A DNA stretch of 64,000 bases from Lepidodermella squamata. Lineage: Eukaryota > Animalia > Gastrotricha. Below are positions 23,241 to 36,376 of the stretch, in pieces. The position numbers and the translations under genes were made by a program. Position 1 is the first letter of the stretch. Each line of letters starts with the position of its first letter. The notes under the pieces are model-generated. The model saw only the letters and a list, made by a program, of their open reading frames with translations, was not told the origin of the DNA and did no database searches. The stretch is taken from positions 1,860,001 to 1,924,000 of the forward strand of contig JBLDXI010000029.1 in the NCBI GenBank assembly GCA_047495785.1. The letters are read 5' to 3'.

Positions 23241-24702
23241 ATGACAAGTAAGCGGGTCTTCACCTACGACGAAGTGCAGAAGGAGGTGAAAAGCGGCCGA
23301 TCGTTGTTGATTTTCGACCGGAAGGTCTATGACGTTACGAAATGGAAGACGATTCACCCAGGCGGCGAACTCACCATTCGTCATATGCTGGGCCGCGATG
23401 CCACAGATCAAATTTTGACAAATCACTCAGAAGCCGTTGTTGCTAAATACATGAAAATGTTCATCGTCGGCGAAATCGATGACGAGAAGGCGAAAGGTGT
23501 CTACTACGACCGGCCTCTATCGCTGGCGTTTCGGAAACTCCATCAGAAAATGAAAGACGAAGGTCTTTTCACAACTCGACCATTCTACTACGCCCGTCTC
23601 TACACCGCGATTCTATCGATGTGGGTCATCTCTGCGACTCTGCTGTGGAATTATGGCGACAACATTTTCGGCGTGACAGCAGCTGCTATCTTCCTCGCTT
23701 GCTTCTGGCATCAGTCTGCTGGAGTCATGCATGACACTGGGCACAATGCGATAACTCAAAATCGGATAATTGACACATGGGTCGGCATTATCTTCTCTAA
23801 CTGCTTCACCGGTTTCGCTGTTGGCTGGTGGAAAGCCTCACATTTCATCCATCACTTGGTTACAAATGACCCTGAGGTAAGACTAACCGAGACTTGTTCC
23901 CGTGATTTTTGCAAACGTTTCCTCTTCTTATTAGCACGATCCTCATATTCAACTGATGCCGTTTATTGCCATTACAACTCGGTACTTTGACACCATCTAC
24001 TCGACTTTCTATGAAAAGTACTTCCACTACGACGCCTTCGCTAAAATTGTGGTTCCCCTGCAGCATTTTACCTTTCTTCCATTGATGCTTTTCGCGAGAT
24101 TCGTCATTTACCAGAACGGCGTCGGTTATCTGCTGAAATTCCGGCCCCCGCTCTGGAAGACAGAACTGGCTGCAATCGGTGTTTTCTGGGCCTATTTTCT
24201 TACAATGTGTAGCTGGATTCCAGATCCTAGGCTTCGTGTCTATTTCTTCTTCACTCCAATTTTTATCCTTATCATCCTTCAGCTGCAGCTATTCGTCAGC
24301 CACAACGCAATGTCGACGGATGTTATGGCTGAGGATGAAGATTTTGTGTCTTACCAGTTGAGGACTACTCTAGACTATCACTGCGATGAATGGCTCGACT
24401 GGTTCCACGGCGGCCTTCAATTTCAAGTTGCTCATCACTTTTTCCCTCGTCTTCCGCGGCATAATCTTAGGGAGGCTACGAAACACGTTTTGCAATTCAT
24501 TCGAGAGAACAAACTTCCTTACCATTCTGTCAGCTTCACTGGTGGCAATGTTGATCTGCTGAAACATTTAAAGAACATTGCTGAGGAAGCTAAGGCATTG
24601 GCGAGATCGGCGAAAGATCAGTACGATTTCTTGAAAACGTGCCAAGAACAACGCGATCGGTTGATCGACAAAGATTGCCCGACCAAACGAAGCGAAAAAT
24701 AG
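23241..24702 (+). CDS. Second cytochrome b5-fused desaturase (delta-8 sphingolipid desaturase-like), 2 exons: 23241-23876, 23935-24702
   Basis: HPGG, HDTGH, HFIHH and QVAHH motifs; a 58-bp GT-AG intron joins TNDPE^HDPHIQLMP. Confidence 0.92.
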
Positions 24703-25119
24703 ACTTCGAATACGCATCCTCTCAATGAATCAGTTTTTGTTGTGCACAATATATATTGTATTGATTGTAAAATGAAACGCTAATTACCTGTTGTTTATTT
24801 GGATGTTTCTCAAACATTTTGAAAGAAAGAAATCTGTGAAAAATTATTATTTACTTGGCTTCCAATAATAGAAACTTGAAATAAAAAAATTCAAAAATTG
24901 AGTCAACATTCCGTGTTTTGATCTGGGATCCCCTTCGTGTTAGCCTTCCAAAGGTTTCTAAGCTGATCGTAAAGTTTCGAATTGAGCTCGCTGATGGTTT
25001 CACTTCGATAACGTTTCAAATTTGCTTTCGATTCATCAAACCCCTTTTTTATTTCTTATCCATAATTGCAACGCCATTGTGATCATTCATTTCAAGTTAT
25101 AAGTTATAAGGGCAACCTT

Positions 25120-27583
25120 TTACCAAACGGTACATTTGTCGGTGGGATTCATAGGGCTTCCAGCTGGGCAGTTGAAAGCACTAGCGAACTCGGGCATATT
25201 GGAAACAGTTCCAAGAACGCGATAGATCGCAGGCGCGTGTTCGTCATTTAGTATCTGTTCAGCAATACTAGCTCGATCCAATTCCCCACACCAAGAGTTG
25301 CCAAACGAGAGGAAGAACAGCTGATCAGCAGAAAAGTCGAATCCCTGAATAGCCCGATCATCGCCACTCATTTTGAAGGCCTTGTAAGCCGCACGAAGAC
25401 CGCTGTTATCGCCAATATTTTCACCAAGAGTTGAGCTGCCATCGACATAGAAAATGCCGTCGTAGGTGTAGTTCGAATACTGTTTGACTAAACACTGAGC
25501 GCGATTGTCGAACTCCTTTCGACTCCCCGGGGTCCACCAATCACGCTGATTCCCATCCTTATCGAAGCGGCTACCTTCGTTATCGAAAGCATGGCCGATT
25601 TCATGCCCGATTGTCGCTCCAATTGAGCCGTAGTTCAAGGCATTGACCGTATCAGGCCTCATTTCGATATCGATCATTCCTGCTAGGATGAAAATGGTGT
25701 TAAGAAAAGGTTCGTATGCAGCATTTTGAATCCATGGTAACATTGGCCAGGCCTGAAAATGAAGGAAGTTGATAAATCAAGGAATAGGAAACAAACTTAC
25801 GCTTCGGTCAGGTTTATCATGAGGATTATCGAACCTATTGAGCTTGAACACGTGCCAGCTGACCAAATTTGGCACGTAGTTGTCGCCAACGGACCAATTG
25901 ATGAAAAGGTTGTCCATAAGCGAGGCATCTTTGAACCAATTCGGGAAAGCGACATCATACTTAAGAGCGTCCAGCTGAAATTTAGTTGGGGAATCAATAT
26001 GTTCAGCAAAAAATGTCTCAAAATACCTTCACAAGCGCGTTGGCTCGTGTTTCACTATCCAGCCATGTCGCTGTTTCGATCAAACTTCGAAAGGATGAAA
26101 GGATATTTTTCGTGAGTACCACTGTCTAGAAGATTCAGAAGTGAATGGAGAAAAATGGAGAAACAGTTCAGGTACGGACCTCTGGCTGTTCAGCGTTATT
26201 GAAATTTTGATCGAGGTACATTGCTGACAGAACCATACCGATCCCGCCAGCGTTGAATTGCATTTCTTGGAGACACTTCATCTCACCGGTGAAAGGATTC
26301 AAAATATCGGAATATTCAGCAATAGCCTGGTAAACGATGTAATTGTGGAGAGCCTTTCGACCTTTTTTAGTTTCGAGGAGCTTTCTGACGGAACTACCTG
26401 CTACTATGAAAGCGACAAGATTGTCAATAATCACAGGGTCACTCGAAGTTATTTTGATGTTCTTCGACCGATGAAACTCGTCGAAAAAACCTTGCAGATA
26501 CTGCTGCCAATTCATGTAACCAACTTTTTTCTGCAGCCAATCGACATTGGTCTTGCTTTGCCGCAGGTCGTGGCTTCTTTGTTTCTTATCCATAGGGTCA
26601 GCTTGTAACATTAGAGTTAGTTCGACTATATCGATGTAGACATCGGCGTCATATTGGTTGAAAAGCTGCAGAAATTGTTTCATAGCCGAAAAATCCACTT
26701 TTGATGAGAAAGGGCTAAATGCCATCATGCTCTTGCTCTTGACGTCATTCGGATCAGGAATAACCTGGAAAACAAGCATAGAATAATCTCAATCCCATGA
26801 TACCCAAACCTGGAAATTAAATAGTCCTCTTGAAGTAAGTCTATCCCGAAGTGAAAGAAGATTTTCTAGGCTCCAATTTGGCGGAACTTGATCCTCTGTC
26901 TTGATGAATCCGCCTAGGGCTTCGACGATTGTAGCCATTGTCTTTGATGCCTGATTGTAGTCCCACTTTTTGCAAGCTGCGAAGTACCGTCTGGCTTTTC
27001 CAAATGTTTCGGGGTCTCCAGGGCTTGGATCACTTTTCAAAAGTCGCAAAATTTCAGCATCTGCAGGAGGCATGAGCTCGACTCCAACGCGATGAGCGTG
27101 CTTTTTCGGAAAGATTCTTCGTTTCCCAACATTCATAACCGGGTCCTTGTAAAGGCCGCATGTGTATTGGTAGAAGTTTTCGCACGGGTTGACTGACGTG
27201 TTCATGAACCTTTTCAAATCCTCAGCGGCTTTAATGCAATTCGGTGTTGAACATGCACTAACATCGGAATTATAGCTCCAGTCAAACTTAGGTTGTCGCC
27301 TATAATAGGGATTGAATCGTGGCGTTGTCACTGCGAGGTCAGATTCAACCTTGGCCATCCCTTGATACAACAGTGTTGCCAGAACAAATACGGTACCAAG
27401 CAGGACACAACAAATCAATAGAACCAGCCATAGATTTTCTTTCTGCCGCTTGAAAGTCGGTGATCGTAGGCCTGGAAAAAATTAGAAGACCGTCATCGAA
27501 GACAGCGGACTGCGGTCATACTCCTTACTTGTGGTCTCATCCGCTTCGAAGAGATCTTCGGGAATAACTTTCAAAACACCCAT
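25120..27583 (-). CDS. M13 family zinc metallopeptidase (neprilysin/ECE-like), 6 exons, type II membrane protein
   Basis: ATG 27583, TM anchor, VNPCENFYQYTCG, NAAY, HEIGH, GENIGD and C-terminal CPAGSPMNP..KCTVW. Five short GT-AG introns splice in frame. Confidence 0.92.
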
Positions 27584-29399
27584 TTCTAATAAAATAGGAT
27601 AGAGCAACAGAATGGCTTCGTTTACCTCGTTTCATGCCTCGAATTGCTCAGTTAATTGCTCATTAAGGCGGCGGCGCGCCATCTAATCCACTTGAACCTC
27701 GAATACGAATTATTTTGTCGAGACACATCCATAGCGGAATTATGAAACTTTTAGAGGTTCATGCAGTTGTTAATTCCGCCAGATTTCGAGTTCCCAGAAA
27801 AAGCAACTAAAGCCTACAGCAAAACCGAACTCTGAAACGCTATAGGCGGCATTCGACTAAAATTTCAGGCAGCTTTTGAGGTAAAAATGACGATTGGAGA
27901 AGAGGCAGTGTTGGTAACTCGCTAAGTTATAGTTTCATTATCAGTATGCCGGTTGATGTTTAGAGTACATGAGAATGAGTGATTCCTTGGACCTTAAGAA
28001 ATAATGATTATAGTTTCCGCAACAAAATAAGCCAAATTTAGGTTTATTGTCTTTTATTCCGAGCAATCTACCAAACAGTGCATTTGTTAGAAGGATTCAT
28101 AGGGCTATTAACTGGGCAGCTGAATGCTGAAGCGAATTCCGGCATATTAGCAAGAGTACCCAGAACTCGATAGAGCTCAGGCGCATGTTCATCCTTCGCA
28201 ATCTGCCTCGCGATTGACCAACGATCAAAGCTATTGCACCAGTATTGCCCGAAAGCAATAAAGAACAGTTGTTCAGAAGTATAATTCAGCAAGCTGTTGA
28301 TCAGCCGATCATCTTTACTCTCCTTGAAAGCAATGTAGGCAGCTCTAAGGCCGCTATTATCGCCAATGTTTTCACCTAGGGTCTTCTTACCGTCCACATA
28401 AATTACGCCATCGTACGAAAACTTCGAATATTGATCAACTAAGCACTGAGCCCGAGTTTCAAATGCTTTCCTGCTAGCAGGGGTCCACCAATTGCGACGA
28501 TTTCCGTCCTTGTCATACTCACTTCCTTCGTTGTCGAAAGCATGTCCAAGTTCATGGCCGATAACAGCACCGACTGCGCCGAAGTTCAAGGAGCTGACTG
28601 TCTGAGGGTACAGGTGAACCTCGATCTATTGAGCCAATATGAAGATCATGTTCAGCTCTGGTTCGTAGTAGGCATTGTTATCCAACGGCAAATCAGGCCA
28701 TGCCTAAGCGAAAAAAAGCTATACACGAATAAGTGGCTGGATCTACAACTCACGGTTCTATCTGGCTTATCGTGAGGGGCGCCCATTCTCAAAAGCCGGA
28801 ATCGATGGTTATTCATTATATTCGTTGAAAAGTCATCGGTAATATTCAGCCCACTATACTTCTGATCCATCAAGGTTCCATTTAAGAACCAAGAGGGAAA
28901 AGCTACGTTGTATCCAATCGCTTCAAGCTAGAATAGCAAAGGAATCAAATTCATCCCCGGAATCACTTTCCTACCTTGGTCAAAGCGTTCTGCCTCGTTG
29001 AGTCATCATTCCATGCAGCAGATTCAATGAGTTTGCGGAAGGATGAAATCATAGTCTTAGTCATATCGGTTACCTAAACATCGATGATTTTGCGCTAAAG
29101 GCGACCAGCGAGAAAAAACCTCTATACAGAGTACTGCGCACTATAAACAGTACTACGCGCGCGCATAATACTATGAAATATACTTATAGCCCGCATTCGT
29201 TGTGAAAAATAATGAATGCACTGGACAAATGACCAACAAATATAATGTGTTTTTGTGGATGTTTCCATGAAATTTTCGGATTACCTGGTGGAGAACAGTC
29301 GAACGTATCCAGAAATTGATAAAAATGCATGTGTAACCGTGGGTTTTCTGCCGTTAGGCGACCTGATAGCGATCCGAAAGCGCAAAAACCTTGGAAAAA

Positions 29400-30140
29400 T
29401 GCACCCACTGGCGTTTTTGGCGGCGCTTCTTCAAGGAGCAGAATGGGTTCAACCACAGTTTTTTCACATTCCCTAGCAGAGCACATGGAGAGCCTATTAG
29501 CGAAGTAAGGAATAGTCAGTTAATATGGTTGTCATCCACGGCTTTGAAGTCTTTTCCTTCCCGGCTTGCAAAACGAGGAAAAAGTGAAAATGGTGTGTTT
29601 TTAGCCTGTCTTATCTCGAAAAAACCCATGGTTGCACCGTAGCTTTTTGTAGTCAAATAGGAGAAGGCGCTGGGAGGAAGGTTTTGACAGGGAAAGCAGC
29701 AAGAACCACCCCAACTTATCCAAGACTTTTTTGTCCCGATTAGCACTCACTACGTCAGACCCAACACCTCAAAACTGCATGGCATGGCGTCTTTTGGGGC
29801 ATTGCTGCAAGAAACAGATTGGTTTCAACCACAGTTATTTCGCGTTCTCTAGTAGAGCACAACAAGATCTTACTAAGGAAGTAAGAAATTGCCAGTAAAT
29901 GCGGTTTTTATCCACAGTTTAAAAGCCTTTACCTTCCACATCCGAATCAAGTCCGAATCGAAGAGAAAGTGAGCATTTTTCATCTTTCATGGCACTTATC
30001 TTGAAAAAACCCATGGCTGCACCATAAGTTTTTGTATTCAAAAAGGAGAGGAGATTGAGAAGAAGGTTTTAAAAGAGAAAACAGCAAGAACCACGTCAAC
30101 TTATCCACGAATTTTTCGACCTGATGGGCAATCACATTTC
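29400..30140 (+). repeat. Two diverged direct copies of a ~375-bp unit inside the left arm of the palindromic element (mirrored at ~31910-32650)
   Basis: GGCGTTTTTGGCGGCGCTTCTTCAAGGAGCAGAATGGGTTCAACCACAG (~29410) recurs as GGCGTCTTTTGGGGCATTGCTGCAAGAAACAGATTGGTTTCAACCACAG (~29786); AAAAAACCCATGG.TGCACC also recurs. Confidence 0.75.
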
Positions 30141-32874
30141 AAGCTCAAAATCGAGTTTCAAAATTGGGCTGTTCCGAGACCTTATACAGCAGAGCCCTTA
30201 TTTCACTTGTAACAAGTTGAAGGAAACGCATACTTCTTATAAAATAGCAAATATGCGGGTGCTACCACGATTTGCTATCCATTCGGTCCCAGACCGCGGT
30301 AACAAGATGGTTGAGGTAAGGAGTCATCCGATTTTAGTCCGATTTCAGTTGCTCGTTTCCGTTTAGCTGCTTAGTAAAGATGCGTTCCCCATCATAGTTA
30401 TCCACACCCGTTTTAACTTGCATCGTATCCAAGACATTTTGGTGGTAAAAAGTATCACTGTAGTGGCCTACAATGGCCCTCTGATTCATTGTAGCGGCCT
30501 CTGTTGGCTCTTGGGCTGGATCCTGCAGCGGCATGCGCGGCCGTACTAATAACCACTGGCAACTTTTCTCGCTTCCGAGTTGCAGCCATGGTTTGGCTGA
30601 ACGATTTAGTTCTCTAAAACCTTCCATCCACCGAGCTTAACTAAATTACCCAAATGAGTCTTTTGATGGTAGACCTTACTACTGTTCAAGCGACAACGGC
30701 AGTCTCCCCGTGGCGGTAGCGGGCAACGTAATTTACGGCAAATGTTGGGTCGGGTCGCGTACGCCCTGCTGTCGTTGAAAGTGGACTCTCGGCGAGTGTA
30801 AAACGATCGTCTAGGAAAGCCTCCACGCGTTAGCTAACTAGCTACCAGCAAATTGGGAGACTTGGTCTTGGTTTAAAAGTGACGAGTGACCGTCATATCC
30901 TGCCTTGGCGGGGCCCCAGTGCTTTACATGTTCACAACATCGAACTACAAGGAGATGGATGTGGAGGTATCGGGCTACGGGAGTCTCCCCTCTGGTCCTA
31001 ACCAAAAGCAACCTACCCAACTTACATACAACCAGCTGCCCCCAGATTATGCTTCCCATTCTAAAGGCACACGCAAGCTACTTTGCTCTTTGAACATGAA
31101 GCTAAAAATTTGACGGTGGGCGGCGCCAACAATAGAACGCGATTGACGCAGTTGAAAAATGACGGATCAAGGTTTTTCCGCGGTTTGGAAAGTGCACCGT
31201 TGAGTGAAATGACTCAAAAGCAAGGATTTTTAGCCATATTAGATGGCACTCTATCACGTTTTAGCGCCAACGGGGAAAAGTTATCCCGATCCCTAGGCAG
31301 TCCAGCAGCGCAACTCGACAAAGAGGCCAGTTGTCGGTGGTGCGGTGGCGCATGTTGTAGGCACTCATGCTGTTGCAAGATCAAGGCCAAGACCAAGGGC
31401 CAACCGCGGCCGCAACAATGAATCAAACTGCCATTGTGGGCATTTTAGTAAATCTTGTCCGCGTTCTTGATACAAAGTGAAGACTACCATAGTGCCAAAA
31501 TGGTACCTTTACCATTCCTACTAAATCAAAGGGAAGCCAACTTACTTACATCTCACAAAGAGCATTCCGCAGGAGTAATTAGCAAAATCTACTGGTTTTA
31601 CCACCGTATTTTATTTAAGTTGATGCAAGCGACCATGAGAGTCAATAAGGATAATCGGAAACCGATCTGTACTACGTCAGTCCACAGATACCAGGGATTT
31701 AAATGGTATGGGTCCGCATCTCGAGCGTCTTGTTGCCGCGGTCAGGGCAACGGTTCAGGGCGGAATGCATACCCCAATTCATGGTATCACCGGCATATTA
31801 GTTATCCTTTTAGAAGAAGGCACTCTTATCAACTTGTGAGACTTGGAATAAAGTCTCCGCGTTGTGCGGTTTCAGAATAGAACGGCTCCGAATCTCGATT
31901 TTGTGCTTGAAATGCCATTGCTAAACATTACGAAAAAGTCGTGGATAAGTTGTGGTGGTTTTTGCATTTTTCCCTTTTAAAAACTTCTTCTCAATTACCT
32001 CCCCCATTTGACTACGAAAAATTACGGTGCTGCCATGGTTTTTTTCGAGATGAGTGCGATGAAAGATCCTAAATGCTCACTTTTCCTTCGATTCGGACTT
32101 GATTCGGAAGTAGAGGGAAAAGACTGAAAAGCAGTGGATAAACACTACATTTACTGGGACTTCTTTCTTCCCAAGTTAGATCTTGTTGTGCTCTACTAGG
32201 GAATTTGACAAAACTGTAGTTGAACCCATTCCGTTTCTTGCAGCAGTACTCCAAAAGACGCAAGGTCATGCATTTTCGAGATGTTGAGTAGGATGAAGTG
32301 AGTGCTAATCACGACGAAAAAGTCGTGGATAAGCTGTGGGGATCCTTGCTGCTTTTCCTGTCAAAGCCTTCCTCCCAGCGCCGTCTCCAATTTGACAACA
32401 AAAAGCTATGGTGCAACCATGGGTTTTTTCGAGATAAGAGCGACTGAAAACACCAAATTTTCACTTTCTCACTGATTTGCAAGCCGGGAGGGAAACGACT
32501 GAAAAGCCGTGGATAACCACCATATTAACTAGCTATTTCTTGGTTCCCCACAAAGCCTTTATGTGCTCTACTAGGGAATGTGACAAACCTGTGGTTGAAC
32601 GCATTCTGCTTCTTGAAGAAGCGCCGCCAAAAACGCCAGTGGGTGCATTTTTCCAAGGTTTTTGCGCTTTCGGATCGCTATCAGGTCGCCTAACGGCAGA
32701 AAACCCACGGTTACACATGCATTTTTATCAATTTCTGGATACGTTCGACTGTTCTCCACCAGGTAATCCGAAAATTTCATGGAAACATCCACAAAAACAC
32801 ATTATATTTGTTGGTCAATTGTCCAGTGCATTCATTTTTTCCACAAAATTGCGGGCCAAGTATATTTTATAGTA

Positions 32875-33623
32875 AAGTATGACCAATATTTTTTTTGCCT
32901 CGCATTTCTTTAATAACTCCGTGACCGTGTGGAATATTTTTGAGCGGTTTTCAACAGTCGATAGATCAGGTCTTCGGTAAACTTTCCTGAAATTTTCGTC
33001 AAAATGGGAATCGAGCGAAGAAATTGGTGACAAAAATGCTGTTTGAGGTTTTAATTAAAAATTCCCATTTTTGAAAAATGGCATTTTTCTGGTTTTTGGA
33101 TGGGATGATATCGCCCTGTAAACAAGCTTCGTGGCGACATTTTCTTAGTTGGAAATTAGGTCCATAACACGTCTCCAACTGAGAAATTGAACTCAATAGC
33201 CACAGAAAAGCTCTTGTCCACCAACAGAGATCCGAAACGGCTTTTTTCATTTTTTTGAGTGATCCGTGCCAACCTGGCGAAGCCGCCAGTTTTGGACGGT
33301 TGTACAGGTTCTTTTCGGGAATCGGGGACTTGGATCCGTCACGGACCATCTCTCAAACAGTTTGAAGCATCTGGAAAGAGTGATGATCAGCTCTTGCAAC
33401 ATTGGGTGCAAAAATGCCATTTTTCAAAAATGGGAATTTTTAATTAAAACCTCAAACAGCATTTTTGTCACCAATTTCTTCGCTCGATTCCCATTTTGAC
33501 GAAAATTTCAGGAAAGTTTACCGAAGACCTGATCTATCGACTGTTGAAAACCGCTCAAAAATATTCCACACGGTCACGGAGTTATTAAAGAAATGCGAGG
33601 CAAAAAAAATATTGGTCATACTT
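32875..33623. mobile_element. Tc1/mariner-type MITE, 749 bp, ~215-bp near-perfect TIRs, TA TSD, nested in the palindromic element
   Basis: AAGTATGACCAATATTTTTTTT...AAAAATGGCATTTT (32875-33088) is the reverse complement of ~33410-33623. TA at 32873-32874 and 33624-33625. Excision restores symmetry with the host's left arm. Confidence 0.9.
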
Positions 33624-36376
33624 TATTATACGCGCGCGTAGTACTTTTTATAGTGCGCAGTACTCCGAATACGCGCTAGTAGCCCTGCATACTTTTATGT
33701 ATGCTGCAGAGTTTTTTGAGCGTGTATGCGATCGGTCTGTTATAGCGTAAAACCATCGACATTCAAATTCACTACCGAGATTATCTGAAATCGGAAAGCT
33801 TACTTCAACGCGATGCTCATTGTTGAAATGGTTGTTCAGATACAGAGCAGAAAGAATCATGCCTAAACCATGGTCATTCTTCATCTCGGCGAAGCAGATC
33901 GTTTCAGTAAGTGGCTCATCGCGTTCTTCGTCAACGTTCTCGTAGTAATCAATCAAAGTTGCAGCCACAATGAAATTATGCACAGCTTTACGCCCCTTGG
34001 CAGTTTGAGTCATTTCATTAAGCTCCTTGAAAACCTTCAACACCAAATCAAGTTGCTCGATATCCACAGGATCTTCAGGGCTGATGTTGACGGGCGTTCC
34101 GCTTTTCACGTGGATTGAGAAAAACTGTTGGAAATAAACAAGCCAATTCACGAAAGGAGCTTTTTCTTGCAGCCATGAGATGCTTTTCAATTCGGAACCC
34201 GAGCTGAAGACTTTTCTGACACCATCGTTCGCTTGGGAGCCCATGTCAACAACGCCAGCAACTTCGAGAGCGTCAGTTTTCACGTCGCGACTCGACTTTC
34301 CAATAGCTCGCATTACACCCTCAATTTTGTCCCAGAGTTTAGTGTAGATTTTCTCAACCGGTGAGATGCGGATGATGTTTTCTTTCAACACATCCTCCGG
34401 GTTCGCGACAACCTTTTAAAATTGGCGAAATATCAAAGTGTTCCAAATTTTTCAAATTCTCACTTCTAGGGTGAAAAATCCATTTGCTGAAAAGTAATCT
34501 CGTTTCAGCAACAGCTTTTCGAGGCTCCAGTTCTGGGGAATCTGAGATGCGTCATTGATGAAACCTCCCAAATTTGACAGAATGTTTTCCAAAGCTTTTG
34601 CGTTATATTCTTGTTTCCATTGAGTGCAAGATTTGAAGTATTGCCGGGCCTTGCCGAAAGGAGCAGGTTCGCTTGGTTTGGAATCAATTTTTAGCAATCG
34701 AATGATTTCTTGCTTTATCGAGAATTCCTTGCCGCGAAGTATGGTTTGATGCAGTTTCGGAAGCTGTGTACCATGGCCATCCCAATTACCGCAAGCGAAG
34801 TGGTAAAAGTTTTCGCAAGGATTGACGCTCGAGTTAATGTTATCAGCAATCTTCGAACCAGCTTCGTTACAGCTCTCAGTATGGCACCCATTATCGTTGG
34901 CGATAGAAAGGTGCCCACTGACATTCCATATTACCGGAAAGCTGTAGGATTTCTCATTATTCGAATCACTAATAACCGGATTTGTGCCTTTTGTAACTTG
35001 CGTGCGCAGGACGATCGCTAGAGCCAATGTAGCGCAGCTTAGCAAGGCACAAATGGAGCAAAGCACGCACAATCCAACACTGAGCTTTCTTGACTTTTCA
35101 GCCACCACCAAAACTTCACAAAGGATCTCACTAAAAAGTCAAACAAGGATGATTTTCGACCGCTCACCTGCAGCTTCGTCTGTTTCGCAAGTTGATTCGT
35201 AAATTCCCATTTTATTCTCATAAATTGTAAAATTTTTCCAAATAATTTGCAGTTCATAATAGCAGGGTAATTTTTAATAGATTGTAATTAGGTGTCTAAG
35301 GATCATAATTTCAGAGATCCTGTTTTATGCCTTAGAACTTGGAAATCCCTTACCATAATCCGTTTCCCGGGCAACTGAAAGCAGCTGACAGTTCTGCCAT
35401 AAAGAGGCCGAGATGGGATAAAGATTAATGATGCATGGGGAAAATTCCTTCGATCAGCTTGGAAATACTTTTACTTTACATGGCGCACTATGACTGTACG
35501 AATGAAATGGAGAACAATTTTTCGGCAAAATAGTCTAACCTATCATCCTATTTTCAAAGGATTTCGTACTCGCATGAGTACACCAATTGCGTTGATTTCT
35601 GAGTATATTCTTTCTTACTCACATCCTTTACTGTCGACACTATGTCGATTTCATGGCTCAATTTTGCTAACATTCAAGGTGCTGACTTTCTAACGATATA
35701 GATGAACCTAGGACAAGCAGCAACGGTTCGGCGGCAATTACAATACAGCGTACCGACGTTCGTTGTTGCGCCGTTTGTTTTGAGGCTAGGCGATTTGCCA
35801 CATCTGTGCAGAATTGCCATCATGCTTCGCACCGGCTGATAAATTATGCATTGCTTTGGCATGCGTTGTGCACATTGAGCAAAATCGGAGCAATTGAGCG
35901 AAAACGCTGTCAAGGACCGATTCACTTATAGAGAATAATTTCGAAACATCCAGAACAACACATATTTTAAATTCGATTTAAATTCGATTTTTCCATATCA
36001 CTTCGATATTAGAAGTGATCACTTCGTTCTCTATGGATTTTTCAAACACCGCCAAATGCACAGGCTGTCTCAAGTTTGTGAGCCGAGGTTTATAGCGTCC
36101 AAACTATATATACTTACTCAAACCGTCCAAGCTAGATGAGACGATTACACCATAGCGGCACGTAGGTCGGCAGCGGCTATGAAAATTGAATGATATTGCA
36201 GTTTTAGTCTTTTAAGCCGCTTATAAGGTGAAGAGAATTTTCTGCACCACACAGAAACAATTTCTTTCCAATTTTTTAACCGGTCGCACCCCGGCCGTGT
36301 CGACTTTACAGAACCTGGACTGATGTGACCTGAACAATATTTAAACCCTTCTTTTGAAGCTGTTAACATCTGACGT

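Larger units (their letters stand above)
29082..33758. mobile_element. Large foldback-like palindromic element, 4677 bp including a nested MITE, 4-bp TSD ACAT
   Basis: Ends CGATGATTTTGCGCTA / TAGCGTAAAACCATCG; ACAT at 29078-29081 and 33759-33762; removal leaves a normal 49-bp intron. Long inverted arms, with ~29210-29450 nearly identical to the reverse complement of ~32600-32835 (also visible as mirrored ORFs 29255+ and 32792-). No transposase recognised. Confidence 0.85.
28068..35210 (-). pseudogene. M13 peptidase paralog 2, probable pseudogene
   Basis: Same 6-exon layout (ATG 35210; VNPCENFYHFACG; HELGH; GENIGD). In-frame TAG at 28628-28626 (IFILAQ*IEV versus IYILAQLIEV in paralog 3) lies upstream of the catalytic motif. 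Intron 3 (29074-33803) is inflated by a 4.7-kb insertion next to its acceptor. Confidence 0.82.

Noticed and set aside
29184-33499. Pairs of identical-looking small ORFs (29255+/32792-, 29486-/32477+, 33349-/33266+)
   Set aside because: Mirror images produced by the inverted repeats; no coding signature or transposase motifs.
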